Shown here piece by piece: positions 35,682 through 46,695 of a stretch of 64,000 bases of DNA. The notes beneath the pieces were generated by a model. It saw only the letters and a list, made by a program, of their open reading frames with translations, was not told the DNA's origin and searched no databases. Origin of the DNA: Pirellulales bacterium (GTDB taxonomy: Bacteria; Planctomycetota; Planctomycetia; Pirellulales; JALHPA01). Location: the NCBI GenBank assembly GCA_041736895.1, contig JBGSSS010000213.1:25534-89533 (forward strand), read 5' to 3'. Each line of letters opens with the position of its first letter. The stretch's first letter is position 1. Both the position numbers and the translations under genes were made by a program.

Positions 35682-35865
35682 CGTAGGTTAGGCTTTCCAG
35701 CCTGACGCTGCGGACTCTACGCGTTGTTCTTGTGCCGAGTCTAACGCGGACGATTGTCAGCATGCACTCTACAAAAGCATCGACCGGCAAAGAGTGTCGG
35801 TTCATCGATAATTTAACGGCGCTCAGGGCGTTGCCCTCGTGTCAGGCTAGAAAGCCTAACCTACG
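35682..35865. repeat. REP family C-like inverted pair enclosing 130 nt (MITE-like)
   Basis: CGTAGGTTAGGCTTTCCAGCCTGACG ... CGTGTCAGGCTAGAAAGCCTAACCTACG, 1 mismatch in 24 nt. Confidence 0.75.
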
Positions 35866-35868
35866 AAC

Positions 35869-36291
35869 TCACGCTCCCACTGGTTCTAGTTTCGCGGAAT
35901 CCTCGAGCAGACTTGCCAACTTGATCTTGTCGAGTTGAGCTCGCGTGGCGTCGGAAACTTTGTTCAAGGCACAGCGCAGCCGATCGTGGCAGTCTTGCGG
36001 CAGTTCGTCGCTGGCAACCGTTTTGCCGTTCAACGGGCCGTCGATGGCTTCGATGATTTCGAGCAACGAAATCTCACTCGGATCGCGATCAAGGGAATAA
36101 CCCCCTTCGACGCCGCGCGTGGATTGCAGGATGCCGTGGGTGACGAGACTACGAAGAATTTGGAGCAAGAACCGCTCCGGCATTCCGCCTTCGTTGGCCA
36201 ACCGGCTGCATGGGATTGGCTGGGAACTGGCGGTTTGAGCCAATTGCAGTGTGGCTTGCAGCGCGTAACTTACGGTACGAGAAAGCTTCAT
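35869..36291 (-). CDS. Rrf2 family transcriptional regulator
   Basis: MKLSRTVSYALQATLQLA N-terminus, wHTH LLQILRSLVTHGILQSTRGVEGGY. Confidence 0.85.
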   Translation of the reverse strand: MKLSRTVSYALQATLQLAQTASSQPIPCSRLANEGGMPERFLLQILRSLVTHGILQSTRGVEGGYSLDRDPSEISLLEIIEAIDGPLNGKTVASDELPQDCHDRLRCALNKVSDATRAQLDKIKLASLLEDSAKLEPVGA

Positions 36292-36663
36292 GACTCTCAC
36301 TTCCCCCTAAAAGTAGGAACCACCTTTGATTGGCAACTCGCATGTTTGATCCCAGGCCCCTGGCGATCCACCGTTCGTCCCTTTGCGAACGATGATCATG
36401 ATCCAAGCGACGAGTTTGCCACTCCACTCAATTCTTTGTCCAATGACTGAACTTCAGCGTGTCACAGCGCTGCCAAGACGGATCCAGGTTGATCCTCGCG
36501 GCAATGCTTTCCCCAAGCAGGCCATTGGAAGCATAGATCCCGGGCAATGAATCCCGAGATTCTCTATGCGCTTTATTCTTCGGCGGGAACGCGCAGAATA
36601 TTCCCGGATAATCCAGAAAATTATCCCAATCTATATTTGAAACAATCGTTTATTTCAGTTGTT

Positions 36664-37335
36664 TCAAACGCTTTTTACTTCGACCTGCTGCGGAGTTCGC
36701 AACGATTGTACAAACAACAAACCCGCCCCGACGACCAAAAAACAATCTGCCAAATTAAAGACGGGCCAATTAAAAATCGCTTTGCCGTCTTGACCCATGA
36801 CACAGAAATGCAGCCAATCTCGCACGGCGTAAACAGTCTGTCCGACACGTGCTGGGGGATCGTGCCACGTCAGTCCATGCCAACCCAACCGGTCGTAGAG
36901 ATTCCCCCCGATCCCGGCCATGATCAAACCCAGCGCGACCACCAAGATCGGCTCGCGGATGGCTCCTTTGAACGCCAGCCAGTAAGTAATCCCTAGCGCC
37001 GCCCCGATCGAAAGGACGGCAAAACCGAGGGCAAAACCCTGCCCGATGCTAAACAACGCCCCTTCGTTCAGGCTCGTCGTCAGGGAAAAGACCCCGTCCC
37101 AGAGAACCCACGGTTGGTGCGTGTTGGGCATCCCCAGAAGTTTAAAAATCCAGGTTTTCGTCCACAAATCGAGAGCGCAGCCGCCAACGGCGAGGAACAA
37201 AAACAATGCGACATAGACCCTAATACGCGCGTTGGTCGCTGTTTTCACAGCAGTTTGCGGCGCTTCGTGGGGTTTAGCTGCGGTCATCGCCGGAGTTTCG
37301 CGAGTGGATTTGACGGTCAATGTGGGAGTGCTCAT
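36664..37335 (-). CDS. lspA: lipoprotein signal peptidase II
   Basis: NEGALFS, GGNLYDR, WPVFNLAD motifs; long N-terminal extension and an internal insert. Confidence 0.85.
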   Translation of the reverse strand: MSTPTLTVKSTRETPAMTAAKPHEAPQTAVKTATNARIRVYVALFLFLAVGGCALDLWTKTWIFKLLGMPNTHQPWVLWDGVFSLTTSLNEGALFSIGQGFALGFAVLSIGAALGITYWLAFKGAIREPILVVALGLIMAGIGGNLYDRLGWHGLTWHDPPARVGQTVYAVRDWLHFCVMGQDGKAIFNWPVFNLADCFLVVGAGLLFVQSLRTPQQVEVKSV

Positions 37336-37396
37336 GGGTGCATAGATAACCGTACGGCGATTTGCTGGCTAGGGCAATGGGGACATCAAATATCCC

Positions 37397-37484
37397 GTTT
37401 AGCGGCGACTCACAGAGGAGCGTTAATTGACACTGCGGAGCGCTCCTCTGTGTTTAATGCGCTACGCGTGAGTCGCCGCTAAAC
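37397..37484. repeat. hairpin family I, long form
   Basis: GTTTAGCGGCGACTCACAGAGGAGCG ... CGCTCCTCTGTG ... CGTGAGTCGCCGCTAAAC. Confidence 0.8.
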
Positions 37485-37501
37485 GTCAGAGTAACGAAAC
37501 G

Positions 37502-37540
37502 AAAAAAAGCCGGCGTTTAGCTTGAAAACGCCGGCTTTTC
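37502..37540 (-). terminator. intrinsic terminator of the dksA-like gene
   Basis: 13-bp GC-rich stem (AAAGCCGGCGTTT/AAACGCCGGCTTT); a U-run follows on the minus-strand transcript. Confidence 0.8.
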
Positions 37541-37564
37541 GTTAGTTTTCGTCAGCAAACCGCT

Positions 37565-37936
37565 TTAGCGAGGTTCGCTCTTCGCGGCACACTTCACGCA
37601 CAGATTGGCAAAGGGGATCGCGTCCAAGCGGAGCTTGGGGATCTTGCAGTTGCACTCTTCGCATTCGCCGTAAGTGCCGTCTTCGATCCGTTCCAGGGCG
37701 CTTTCGATCAATTCGAGCGTGTCTTCGTCGTTTTCCAACAGACTCAGACTGAATTCCTGATCATAATTCTCGCTCCCCATTTCGGCCATGTGTATTGGCA
37801 TCCGGGCGACATCGCTGCCGGTATCGTCCTCGCCCTTTTTCAGGGCCGTTTGGGTCAAATGACTGACATCCCCCCGCAACCGGGCACGCAACGCAAGTAG
37901 AGCCTGCTTATAGACTTTCGCCTCGGACTTCTTCAT
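37565..37936 (-). CDS. DksA/TraR family C4 zinc-finger regulator
   Basis: CEECNCKIPKLRLDAIPFANLCVKC; coiled-coil N-half; ATG 37936. Confidence 0.85.
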   Translation of the reverse strand: MKKSEAKVYKQALLALRARLRGDVSHLTQTALKKGEDDTGSDVARMPIHMAEMGSENYDQEFSLSLLENDEDTLELIESALERIEDGTYGECEECNCKIPKLRLDAIPFANLCVKCAAKSEPR

Positions 37937-38090
37937 GGGCCATTGCTCCTGATGTTTCCCTAAGTGGGATAGCCGAATCACGGTAGACTTATTATTCTAA
38001 ATTGGCACTGTACGAGTGTCAATCAGCGGGAGATAGGAAGAATATTGAGCGTGAATTTATTGTTTCTTGGGTGTTGATTAGAGAGAATTA

Positions 38091-38153
38091 AGGAGGAAGG
38101 AAAAAGGGAAAAGGTAGTTTTACCCACCTTTTTCCTTGTCCCCTTTCCTTTCG
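38091..38153. repeat. purine/pyrimidine hairpin family J (upstream of thrC)
   Basis: AGGAGGAAGGAAAAAGGGAAAAGG-tagttttaccc-ACCTTTTTCCTTGTCCCCTTTCC. Confidence 0.75.
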
Positions 38154-38289
38154 TTGACTCCAGACGACTTTCAAGATTCGATCCTCTTCGCTCGAAGAAA
38201 AGCTTTCGCCCCCTGACTTGACCGGCCTCTCGTGAATCAAATGCTTGGTTTAGAGACAGTGCTGTCAGCCCGATCCGCCGAGTCCGATC

Positions 38290-39690
38290 GTGATTACTAC
38301 GGAAACCGCGTTTCAGCGTTGCCTCGCGGCAACTTGCGGGAAAACTTATGGCTTACACGAAGTCCGCACCGCCTGCACCTGCGGCAGCTTGCTGGACGTC
38401 GTTTATGACTGGAACAAAATTCCGGTCCCCAAGACGCTTGCTCACTTCGAGCAATACTGGTCGCGCCGTTACGAGCCGCTGAGCTACAGTGGCGTCTGGC
38501 GCTTCCGCGAGCTGTTCCCCTTCGCCCCGGACGACAAGGTCGTCACGATCGGCGAAGGGCAGACGCTTTTGCAACTTAACCCAGGCGTCTCGCACTACAT
38601 CGGTCTCGATGCAAAGGGCCAAACGTATCTGCAATACGAAGGGATGAATCCCAGCGGCAGCTTCAAAGACAACGGCATGTCCGCCGCATTCACGCACGCG
38701 CACATGACCAGCGCGCAACGCGCCGCGTGCGCGAGCACCGGCAATACCAGCGCGTCGCTCGCGGCGTATTGCTGTGTCACGAAGTTGATGAAAGCCGTGA
38801 TCTTCATCGGCTCCGGTAAAATCAGTTACGGCAAGCTCTCGCAAGCGCTAGACTACGGCGCGCTCACCGTGCAGATTGCCGGTGACTTTGACGATGCGAT
38901 GAGCCGCGTCAAGGAAGTGAGCAAAGAGCTCGGCATCTATCTGGTCAACAGCGTCAATCCATTTCGCTTGGAGGGCCAGAAGTCGATCATGTACCGCGTC
39001 CTCGAAGGGCTCCGCTGGCAGGTGCCGGACTGGATCGTCGTGCCGGGCGGAAACCTCGGCAACTCGAGCGCGTTCGGCAAGGCGTTTATCGAACTCAAGG
39101 AACTTGGTCTGATCGATCGGATTCCACGGCTGGCGATCATCAACGCCGCCGGGGCGAATACGCTGTACGAACTTTACGAAAAGCGCGGCGTGCGTTGGCA
39201 AGGGGGGCGCGGCGACTTGTCCGCCGTATGCCACTTCTACGACGAAATGGACCGCACCAATGCGCGGGCCGACACCATCGCCAGCGCGATCGAAATCAAT
39301 CGGCCGGTGAACTTGAACAAGTGTCTACGGGCTCTCGAAGCGTGTGATGGCATTGTGCGCGAGGTCAGCGAACAAGAAATCCTGGATGCGAAAGCGCAAG
39401 TCGGCGCGAACGGCCTCGGCTGCGAACCAGCGAGCGCCGCGAGTGTCGCCGGCGCGAAACAACTCGTCGCCCAGGGGATCATCGGCCGCAACGAGCGCAT
39501 CGTCTGTATCCTCACCGGCCATCAGCTCAAGGATCCTACGGCCACCGTCGCGTACCACACCACGGACCAGGACACGTTCAAAAAAGTCCTCGGCAGCCGC
39601 GGGGTGAAACGCGCGACGTACGCGAATCGCGCCGTCGCGGTGAACAACGACCTCGCCGAAATCATCCGCGCGATTGAGTTGAATAGTTAA
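38290..39690 (+). CDS. thrC: threonine synthase
   Basis: N-terminal Cys cluster, [11 protein letters not shown]-lysine motif, length 466 aa; GTG start. Confidence 0.9.
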   Translation: MITTETAFQRCLAATCGKTYGLHEVRTACTCGSLLDVVYDWNKIPVPKTLAHFEQYWSRRYEPLSYSGVWRFRELFPFAPDDKVVTIGEGQTLLQLNPGVSHYIGLDAKGQTYLQYEGMNPSGSFKDNGMSAAFTHAHMTSAQRAACASTGNTSASLAAYCCVTKLMKAVIFIGSGKISYGKLSQALDYGALTVQIAGDFDDAMSRVKEVSKELGIYLVNSVNPFRLEGQKSIMYRVLEGLRWQVPDWIVVPGGNLGNSSAFGKAFIELKELGLIDRIPRLAIINAAGANTLYELYEKRGVRWQGGRGDLSAVCHFYDEMDRTNARADTIASAIEINRPVNLNKCLRALEACDGIVREVSEQEILDAKAQVGANGLGCEPASAASVAGAKQLVAQGIIGRNERIVCILTGHQLKDPTATVAYHTTDQDTFKKVLGSRGVKRATYANRAVAVNNDLAEIIRAIELNS

Positions 39691-39704
39691 CTCGGGCAGA
39701 TAGT

Positions 39705-39916
39705 ACACTGTTTTTTTATGATGGGACTGATACACACTGATCAGCAAAATACCGGAATGACTTGAGACTCAGTTCATCGCCAACCCAAGCCTGCTGATGG
39801 TAAGCCCATCGGCAGGAGAACGCGTGATTTCATTTTGATCAACATTCACCTTAGCTAGCTTGCATCAAGAAATTTCTGATCAGTGAAAATCAGTATCATC
39901 ATAAAAATCAGTGTCC
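39705..39916. repeat. composite palindrome family F (shell) with a family G REP inside, thrC-dapB spacer
   Basis: TTTTTATGATGGGACTGATACACACTGATCAGCAAA ... TTTCTGATCAGTGAAAATCAGTATCATCATAAAAATCAGTGTCCC. Confidence 0.85.
39778..39821 (+). repeat. REP family G copy
   Basis: CGCCAACCCAAGCC-TGCTGATGG-taagc-CCATCGGCA-GGAGAAC. Confidence 0.85.
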
Positions 39917-39948
39917 CGCTCTCTGCATTCATTTACTAACAACGAAAA

Positions 39949-40740
39949 ATGCTTCATCTCGCAATTCATGGCGCGGCTGGCCGCATGGGTCAACGGTTGA
40001 TCGCTCTCGGTTCGGTCGATCCGGATTTTAAGATCGTCGCGGCGCTCGAATCGGCGCGCAGTCCCAAGCTCGGTACTGATGCCGGCACGATCGCCGGGAT
40101 TGAGCCGATCGGCGTGCCGCTTTCAAGCGATTGGACGACCAAGCCCGATGTCGTGATCGATTTTTCGGTCCCCGAAGCCGGCATCGAAATCGTGCGCAAG
40201 TGCGCGGCGGCGAACGTTCCGCTGGTGCTCGCGACGACCGGTTTTGAAGCCGAGGCGCAAGCGGAGATCCGCGAGCTGGCGACGAAGTTTCCGCTGCTCT
40301 GGTCGCCGAGCATGAGCATGACGGTGAACCTGACGATGAAGCTCGCCGAGATCGCGGGCCGCGCGCTGGCGAATCACCCGACGGGTGCCGATGTCGAAAT
40401 CCTTGAGCGGCATCATCGCTTCAAGGAAGACTCCCCCAGCGGGACGGCCCTCAAGTTCGGTCAGATCGTCGCCGACGCCATGGGCATCACCAAGCAAATC
40501 CACGGCCGCGAAGGCCGCCCCGGCAAGCGCCCCCACAACGAAATCGCCTACCACGCGATCCGCACCGGCGACAACCCAGGCGAGCACACGATCCTGTTCG
40601 GCCTGCTCGGCGAAACGATCGAACTCACCGTCCGCGCGAGCAACCGCGATTCCTACGCGAGCGGTGCGTTGGCCGCGGCGAAGTTTCTCGCCGGCAAGCC
40701 AGCGGGGATGTATGCGATGAACGATGTGCTGGGGTTGTAG
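39949..40740 (+). CDS. dapB: 4-hydroxy-tetrahydrodipicolinate reductase
   Basis: GAAGRMG, ERHHRFKEDSPSGTAL signature. Confidence 0.92.
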   Translation: MLHLAIHGAAGRMGQRLIALGSVDPDFKIVAALESARSPKLGTDAGTIAGIEPIGVPLSSDWTTKPDVVIDFSVPEAGIEIVRKCAAANVPLVLATTGFEAEAQAEIRELATKFPLLWSPSMSMTVNLTMKLAEIAGRALANHPTGADVEILERHHRFKEDSPSGTALKFGQIVADAMGITKQIHGREGRPGKRPHNEIAYHAIRTGDNPGEHTILFGLLGETIELTVRASNRDSYASGALAAAKFLAGKPAGMYAMNDVLGL

Positions 40741-40767
40741 TCGATTCAAACGGAGGGCTGTCATTAC

Positions 40768-41328
40768 ATGCGATTCTCGTTGTTGTCGCTGGTGGGCTTG
40801 ATCGCGCTTGTCGCGTTTGAAGTGATTACTCTGAAAACCCCTTCGGAAACACGCTTAGTGATCGTGGGTTATCTCGTCTACGCATCATTACTCGTGGCCA
40901 CCTGGGGGGCCTTTTGCGGTGGCGGGAAATTTCGACAGTTCTGCAAAGGGTTTGCTGTCTTGGCTTGGGCGAGCGTTTTATACGGTATCTTTGTTCGAGA
41001 AGAGAGTTTTGTCAACTTCGCCGTCTCGCCGCTCGCCAAGCTCGCGGCCGAGTTTCTCGAACACCCCGTGCCGACCGATCTTGATCCGTTTAGCTCCCGC
41101 AATGCAGATCGAACGGAATATCTCTTCTTTAAAATCTGGAATTACTGGGGCATCTTGAACGCCGGTGTGTTTGGAGGGTTTTTGGCTTTGCAGATTCGTG
41201 TTCCCATGATTAGCGCTCCGCTTCTAGAAACGAATTCCCCGTCGCAGGAACTTGTGAAGCAAGAATCTCCTGAATTCATCAGTTCCGTAAAATCAACGCC
41301 TGCAGCGGCTCAGGATCGCGTTGAATAG
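40768..41328 (+). CDS. membrane protein (hypothetical)
   Basis: 186 aa with 4-5 hydrophobic spans; no family recognised. Confidence 0.5.
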   Translation: MRFSLLSLVGLIALVAFEVITLKTPSETRLVIVGYLVYASLLVATWGAFCGGGKFRQFCKGFAVLAWASVLYGIFVREESFVNFAVSPLAKLAAEFLEHPVPTDLDPFSSRNADRTEYLFFKIWNYWGILNAGVFGGFLALQIRVPMISAPLLETNSPSQELVKQESPEFISSVKSTPAAAQDRVE

Positions 41329-43913
41329 ATTTCTTGGCCCTTGTGTTTTTTCTGTCCTCGACGGCGCAGGAATTTCTCCAACTCCACCGCGTGAAAAATC
41401 ACACTCGCGACAAGGAAGCAGATCAACAACTCCTGCCACGTCAGCGGTTCGAGCGAAAATAGTCGCTGAAGCGCGGGCACATAGATCAACGCAATTTGTA
41501 GCGCCGTTGTAAACACGACGGCCCCGAACAGCATCCGATTGCTAAATAGCCCTTGCTGAAAAAGGTGCTGCGTCTCGCTGCGAATCGCCAAGACATGCGC
41601 GAGCTGACTCAGGCAGAGGACAGTGAAGACTATCGTTTTTGCGTGCCCCTTGTCGTATTCCAATGCCCACCATTGCACGCCGACGCAGAGTGCGCCGATC
41701 AGCAATCCGACCCAGACGATGTGCAGGCCCAGCCCGTGGGCGAAGATGCTCTCTTTGGGCGGACGCGGCGGTCGTTTCATGATTCCGTCCTCGGCCGGTT
41801 CGCTGGCAAGGGCTAACCCCGGCAACCCGTCCGTGACGAGATTGATCCAGAGGATATGAATCGGCAAGAGCGGAATCGGCAGCCCGAAAAGCGGCGCGAG
41901 AAAGATCGTCCAGAGTTCGCCGCTGTTGCCGGACATCGCGTAGCGGATGAATTTGCGGATGTTGTCGTAGATGCGGCGGCCTTCGCGCACCGAATTCACG
42001 ATTGTCGCAAAGTTGTCGTCGAGCAGGATCATGTCCGACGCCTCTTTCGAGACATCGGTTCCCGTGATCCCCATCGCCACGCCGATGTCCGCCTTCTTGA
42101 GCGCCGGCGCGTCGTTCACCCCATCGCCGGTCATCGCGACGAATTGATGCTTCGCTTGCAAGGTCTCGATGATTTGCAGCTTCTGCGCCGGCGACACGCG
42201 GGCGTAGACCTTGATCTGTTCGACTTGCTCAGCGAAGTCGGCTTCGGACAATTCCTCGAGCTCGTGCGCGGTAACGATTTTGTCCGATTCCGTCCGGAGA
42301 ATCCCGAGTTCCTTGGCGATCGTGCGCGCGGTCACCGGATGATCGCCGGTAATCATGACGGGGACAATGCCGGCACTTTGACACTCGGCAACGGCGGCTT
42401 TGGCTTCTTCGCGCGGCGGATCGATCATGCCGACGAGACCGAGGAACTGTTGCTTGGTTTCCCAGGCATTTAGATCACCCGCGGGCGCGCTATTTTGCAC
42501 GCGATACGAATAGGCCAGGACGCGCTGTCCGGCAGCGGCAAGTTCATCTGACTTTCTCTGAATCGAAGCGCGGTCTGCAGCGGGACAAATTTCGAGGATC
42601 GATTCGACGGCCCCTTTGGTAATCGCCAAATGTTGTTCGCCCTCGATGATGTGAATGGTTGTCATCATCTTGCGCTGCGAATCGAAGGGGATCTCCTCGA
42701 CACGCGGATTTTGAGCAAGCCATTTTTCCTGATGGGCATCATGCTTTCGTGCAAAGTGCACCAAAGCAAGCTCCGTCGGATCGCCGCGCTGCTGGCTCTC
42801 TTCCTCGCGCGTGTCCTGATTCAAAGCCATCGCGAAAACAAGCAACTCTTCAGCCTCAAACGGGACGTCTTCTGCAGAAACTTGCTGGGGTTGCCACATT
42901 TCGCGGACCGTCATTTTGTTTTGCGTTAACGTGCCGGTTTTGTCCGTGCAGATGAACGTCACCGAACCGAGCGTCTCAACGGCCGGTAGTTTCCGCACGA
43001 GCGCATGCTGATTGACGAGTCGTTTTGCTCCTTGTGCCAGCGAGATCGTAATCACCGCGGGCAAGGCTTCGGGGATCGCCGCGACGGCCACGGAGATCGA
43101 GGTCAACAGCATCAGCACCGGATCTTCGCCGCGCATCCAACCGAGAAAAAACAGCACGACGCAAATGATTAGCACGACCACGGAGAGCTTCTTGCCGAAA
43201 TCGGCCATCCGCTTTTGCAGCGGCGTCACCGTATCATCCTGCTGCAGCATCGCCGCGATTTTGCCGATCTCGGTCTCCATGCCGGTGCTGACGACGATGC
43301 CCGTCCCGCGCCCGTGCGTGACGAGCGTGTGCTTGAACGCCATGTTCACGCGATCGCCGAGCGACGCTTTATCGCTCTTCACCGCCTCGGTGATTTTATC
43401 AACCGCTTGCGATTCGCCGGTGAGGGATGCTTCGTCGATCTTGAGCGTGTGAATCTCGGTCAGCCGCAGATCGGCCGGGACGACGTCGCCGGCTTCGAGC
43501 AAGACGACATCGCCGGGGACGAGTTCGGCGAGCGGAATTTCGGCACGGTGATTGTCGCGCAGCACTCGGGCCGATGCGGCGGCCATTTTTTTAAGCGCTT
43601 CCATCGCCTTCTCGGCGCGATATTCCTGCACGAATCCAATCACCGCATTGATGACGACGATCGCCAGGATCACGATCGTATCCTTGAGATCACCCGCCGC
43701 CCCGGAAATGATCGCTGCGGCGATCAGAATGAGAATCATCACGTCCTTGAATTGCTGCAAGAACATCATCCAAGCGGGGCGTTTTTTCTTTTCGACAAGC
43801 TCGTTGGGGCCGTATTGCTGCAAGCGCGACTTGGCCTCGGCCGTGGCAAGGCCCTCGGATTTGCTTTTAAGCTCTTGAAAGACGGAATCGACGGATTCAA
43901 GGTAAGGCTTCAT
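41310..43913 (-). CDS. cation-transporting P-type ATPase (Ca2+/Mg2+ type, P2/P3-like)
   Basis: [34 protein letters not shown] motifs; ATG 43913 preferred to TTG 43937. Confidence 0.92.
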   Translation of the reverse strand: MKPYLESVDSVFQELKSKSEGLATAEAKSRLQQYGPNELVEKKKRPAWMMFLQQFKDVMILILIAAAIISGAAGDLKDTIVILAIVVINAVIGFVQEYRAEKAMEALKKMAAASARVLRDNHRAEIPLAELVPGDVVLLEAGDVVPADLRLTEIHTLKIDEASLTGESQAVDKITEAVKSDKASLGDRVNMAFKHTLVTHGRGTGIVVSTGMETEIGKIAAMLQQDDTVTPLQKRMADFGKKLSVVVLIICVVLFFLGWMRGEDPVLMLLTSISVAVAAIPEALPAVITISLAQGAKRLVNQHALVRKLPAVETLGSVTFICTDKTGTLTQNKMTVREMWQPQQVSAEDVPFEAEELLVFAMALNQDTREEESQQRGDPTELALVHFARKHDAHQEKWLAQNPRVEEIPFDSQRKMMTTIHIIEGEQHLAITKGAVESILEICPAADRASIQRKSDELAAAGQRVLAYSYRVQNSAPAGDLNAWETKQQFLGLVGMIDPPREEAKAAVAECQSAGIVPVMITGDHPVTARTIAKELGILRTESDKIVTAHELEELSEADFAEQVEQIKVYARVSPAQKLQIIETLQAKHQFVAMTGDGVNDAPALKKADIGVAMGITGTDVSKEASDMILLDDNFATIVNSVREGRRIYDNIRKFIRYAMSGNSGELWTIFLAPLFGLPIPLLPIHILWINLVTDGLPGLALASEPAEDGIMKRPPRPPKESIFAHGLGLHIVWVGLLIGALCVGVQWWALEYDKGHAKTIVFTVLCLSQLAHVLAIRSETQHLFQQGLFSNRMLFGAVVFTTALQIALIYVPALQRLFSLEPLTWQELLICFLVASVIFHAVELEKFLRRRGQKKHKGQEIYSTRS

Positions 43914-44028
43914 CACAGTTTCCGAGAGGTCGAGCAATTGCCAGAAATTATGCTAATATCAGCGGTAGTTGAGCGTATAGAGACGTTTCCCGGTACCCAA
44001 CGCAACTCACGAGCAAATCTCAAGCCAC

Positions 44029-44394
44029 ATGGCCAAGTGCGACGAAGGTTACATCTGCGATGTCTGCGGCCAGGATGTGGCCGAGCTGTGCGACAGCGAT
44101 CTGTACTTGCGCTATGTGATCGGCTTGCTCGATCCCGAGGTGCTGCACACGACCCGCGAGCGGCACATCCGCTGCAATCCGGCGCTGGCGCAGTACATCA
44201 TCGACGCCGATTTTCAACCGCCGATCGCGTATGAAGGAGCGTTCGACAAACGGACGCTCGATCCGGCATTCGTCCGCGAGCAAGAGACGCTGCTTACCCG
44301 CGGATTTCGACGGTTGCGCGAATTGATGGGCCTTGAATTGCCGTTGTTGGATTACCCACTGCCGGAGGTGCGGTACAAGCACTCGCAAAAGTAA
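44029..44394 (+). CDS. hypothetical protein (Cys-x2-Cys N-terminus)
   Basis: 121-aa ORF with genome-typical composition, MAKCDEGYICDVCG opening; no family recognised. Confidence 0.55.
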   Translation: MAKCDEGYICDVCGQDVAELCDSDLYLRYVIGLLDPEVLHTTRERHIRCNPALAQYIIDADFQPPIAYEGAFDKRTLDPAFVREQETLLTRGFRRLRELMGLELPLLDYPLPEVRYKHSQK

Positions 44395-44416
44395 GTGTAA
44401 ACAGCGCGCAAAAAGT

Positions 44417-44440
44417 CCCAGGGGGTGAACCCCTGGGCTT
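44417..44440. repeat. hairpin family E
   Basis: CCCAGGGG-gtgaa-CCCCTGGGCTT. Confidence 0.7.
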
Positions 44441-44449
44441 TGCAATGAA

Positions 44450-44473
44450 CTCCCTCGCTGACGCGTCGGGTTG
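44450..44473 (-). repeat. REP family A copy
   Basis: CTCCCTCGCTGACGCGTCGGGTTG, ends 1 nt before the stop codon at 44474-76. Confidence 0.8.
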
Positions 44474-45247
44474 TTATTTCTTCCGCAGCGAGCCCTTCCA
44501 GTCCGCCTCAATCTCGCTCAGCGGCTTCTTGGTGATTTCTTCGAACGCCTTGTCCGAGTATTTTCCTTCGCGGAGCAAAACGTTGAGCTTCGGAATGATA
44601 TCCGGTTCGTCGTTCTTGACGATGTAATTCAAGAACGACGCCGTGGTGCGATAGCTGTCTTTGTACTTCGCGCGATCGGGGTTCGCGTATTGGGCGCGCT
44701 TGAGTTCCTCGGGTTTCATCGCCGTTGGCTCGTAGACATACCAGCGGAGATAATCGGCGATTCCCTCGACCAGCCAGCCCGCCCCGCGATTCGGTTTGCG
44801 GTATTGCTGGACGACGTGGACCAGCTCGTGATGGACCATGCCGATGTCCTCGGGGTGCTTGGTGATCCAGTCGCTGGCGATGACGATGCGGTCGTTGATC
44901 GTGTGGGCGACCCCTTTCATGTCTTTCTTGAACTGGAGCGTGACTTTTGTCGGTGGTTTGTAGCCGTCGCTCGGCAGCGTCGCGACGAGCTTGGGATACC
45001 ATTCCTTGCAGAGCTTCGCCGCCTTGTCCGCCCACTCCTTGTGTTGCGGGACTTCGCTGATGTCGATGACGATTTCGAGCTCGATGGGCTTTTCTTTTGC
45101 TTCTTCGTTTGAGTCCGCTTGTTTAGTTTCCGCTACTTTTGCCGCCGGTTTCGCTTCGCCCGCGGCGCGGAGGTTCGAGGTGAAAAGCAAAGCCGCGGTT
45201 AGCAGAAGATAGGCGCCGTTCAAAGAGAAACAGTCCTTCACGATCAA
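44474..45247 (-). CDS. secreted basic-secretory-protein (BSP)-like putative peptidase
   Basis: Signal peptide; HELVHVVQQY zinc-site-like motif as in the plant/bacterial BSP family. Confidence 0.7.
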   Translation of the reverse strand: MIVKDCFSLNGAYLLLTAALLFTSNLRAAGEAKPAAKVAETKQADSNEEAKEKPIELEIVIDISEVPQHKEWADKAAKLCKEWYPKLVATLPSDGYKPPTKVTLQFKKDMKGVAHTINDRIVIASDWITKHPEDIGMVHHELVHVVQQYRKPNRGAGWLVEGIADYLRWYVYEPTAMKPEELKRAQYANPDRAKYKDSYRTTASFLNYIVKNDEPDIIPKLNVLLREGKYSDKAFEEITKKPLSEIEADWKGSLRKK

Positions 45248-45262
45248 CTCCCCATTTTGAGT

Positions 45263-46693
45263 TTACTCGGCAACGGGATCGGACACCCCTTTGGCGAGTG
45301 CCTCGCCTTGCTTGATGTCCACACGGCTCACGATCGCCCAGCCGATTAGCAACTGTACCAGCAGGCTCAGAATCGCAAGCTTGTACTTCCCAGTGTATTG
45401 ATACACCGCGCCGAATACCACTGGCCCGATAAAACAGGTCGCTTTGCTGCTGAGATTGTAAAAGCCGAAGAACTCGGCCGTGCGGTTCTCGGGCGTCATC
45501 GTTCCCATAATCGCACGCGAGACCGACTGAATCCCGCCCATGACCAATGCGACCACGGCACCCATGATCCAAAAATGCAGCTTCGTCTCGACAAACCAGG
45601 CGGAACACAAAATCGCCACCCAAATGGCCAAATTGATCATCAGCACCGGTCGCTGCCCGATTCGATCCGAGAGCCAGCCCATGAAAAGCGACCCTGGCAA
45701 GGCGACGAATTGGATCATCAGAATGACCTGAATCAATTCGCCCGTGTCGAATTTGAGATCCTCCTTGGCGAAGTTTGAAGATTGGCTGAAGACGGTTTGG
45801 ACGCAGTCGTTGTAGAGCAAGAAGCCGACGAGAAAGAGCGCGAGCATTTTAAACTGGCGGATATTGCCGAGCGTCGTGCCGACTTCGCCCACGGCGCGTC
45901 GCGCCGCAGAGAGCATGCCCAATTCTGCAGCGCGCGGCACACCGCGATCTCTGAGTAAGAAGATCGCGGGCAAGCTGAACAGTCCCCACCAGAAACCGAT
46001 CACGAGCAAGCCGACGCGCAAGATTTCAGGCTTGGTCCAGCCGTAGCCTTCGCACACATTGAACAATACCAGCGCGACGATCAACGCCAACGCGCCGCCG
46101 ATGTAACCCAAGGAAAAGCCAAACGCCGAGATTTTATTGACCGTGCTGTCGTCGGAAAGCTCGGGCAGAAACGCATTGGCAAAACCATAGGACAGTTCAA
46201 AGAAAAAGACGGCTCCCATGAACAACGCGGTCACGAGCACGCGAGTGGTAAACGCATCATCGGGGTAACCGAGGATCGCCGCGCCTTGTGCGAACTCGAC
46301 GGCAAAGCGTAAACTTTCTGAAGGCGGATTGGCAAAGTAAACTTGGCGCGGTGCATCGAGCGGAACCAGTCCCATGCCCAAGCAACAACCCGCGCCGAGC
46401 AGCGCGGTCCAGCGCAGCCAGATGGATTTGGTCGCCCGCGCATCGGCCAAGGCCCCGACAATCGGCGACAAGAGCCCCGCGACGAGCGTGGCGGCCGCCA
46501 GGCTATAGGCATAAGCCGAACCGCTGAAATTGTCGTAGCGGAGCGCGGGAAAAATAATGTCGCTGAAATAGAACACGATGATCGTGATCGACAGCGTCGA
46601 AAACGCGCTATTCGCCCAATCGTACATTGCCCAGGCCAAGACATCGGGCCGGGTCAGCAGTCGCGGCTTGCGCGGTTCGTCCATGAGGGGCAT
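45263..46693 (-). CDS. MFS transporter, UMF1/Atg22-like family
   Basis: LAWAMYDWANSAFSTL opening typical of UMF1; 12 TM-like spans; ATG 46693. Confidence 0.85.
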   Translation of the reverse strand: MPLMDEPRKPRLLTRPDVLAWAMYDWANSAFSTLSITIIVFYFSDIIFPALRYDNFSGSAYAYSLAAATLVAGLLSPIVGALADARATKSIWLRWTALLGAGCCLGMGLVPLDAPRQVYFANPPSESLRFAVEFAQGAAILGYPDDAFTTRVLVTALFMGAVFFFELSYGFANAFLPELSDDSTVNKISAFGFSLGYIGGALALIVALVLFNVCEGYGWTKPEILRVGLLVIGFWWGLFSLPAIFLLRDRGVPRAAELGMLSAARRAVGEVGTTLGNIRQFKMLALFLVGFLLYNDCVQTVFSQSSNFAKEDLKFDTGELIQVILMIQFVALPGSLFMGWLSDRIGQRPVLMINLAIWVAILCSAWFVETKLHFWIMGAVVALVMGGIQSVSRAIMGTMTPENRTAEFFGFYNLSSKATCFIGPVVFGAVYQYTGKYKLAILSLLVQLLIGWAIVSRVDIKQGEALAKGVSDPVAE

Positions 46694-46695
46694 CA

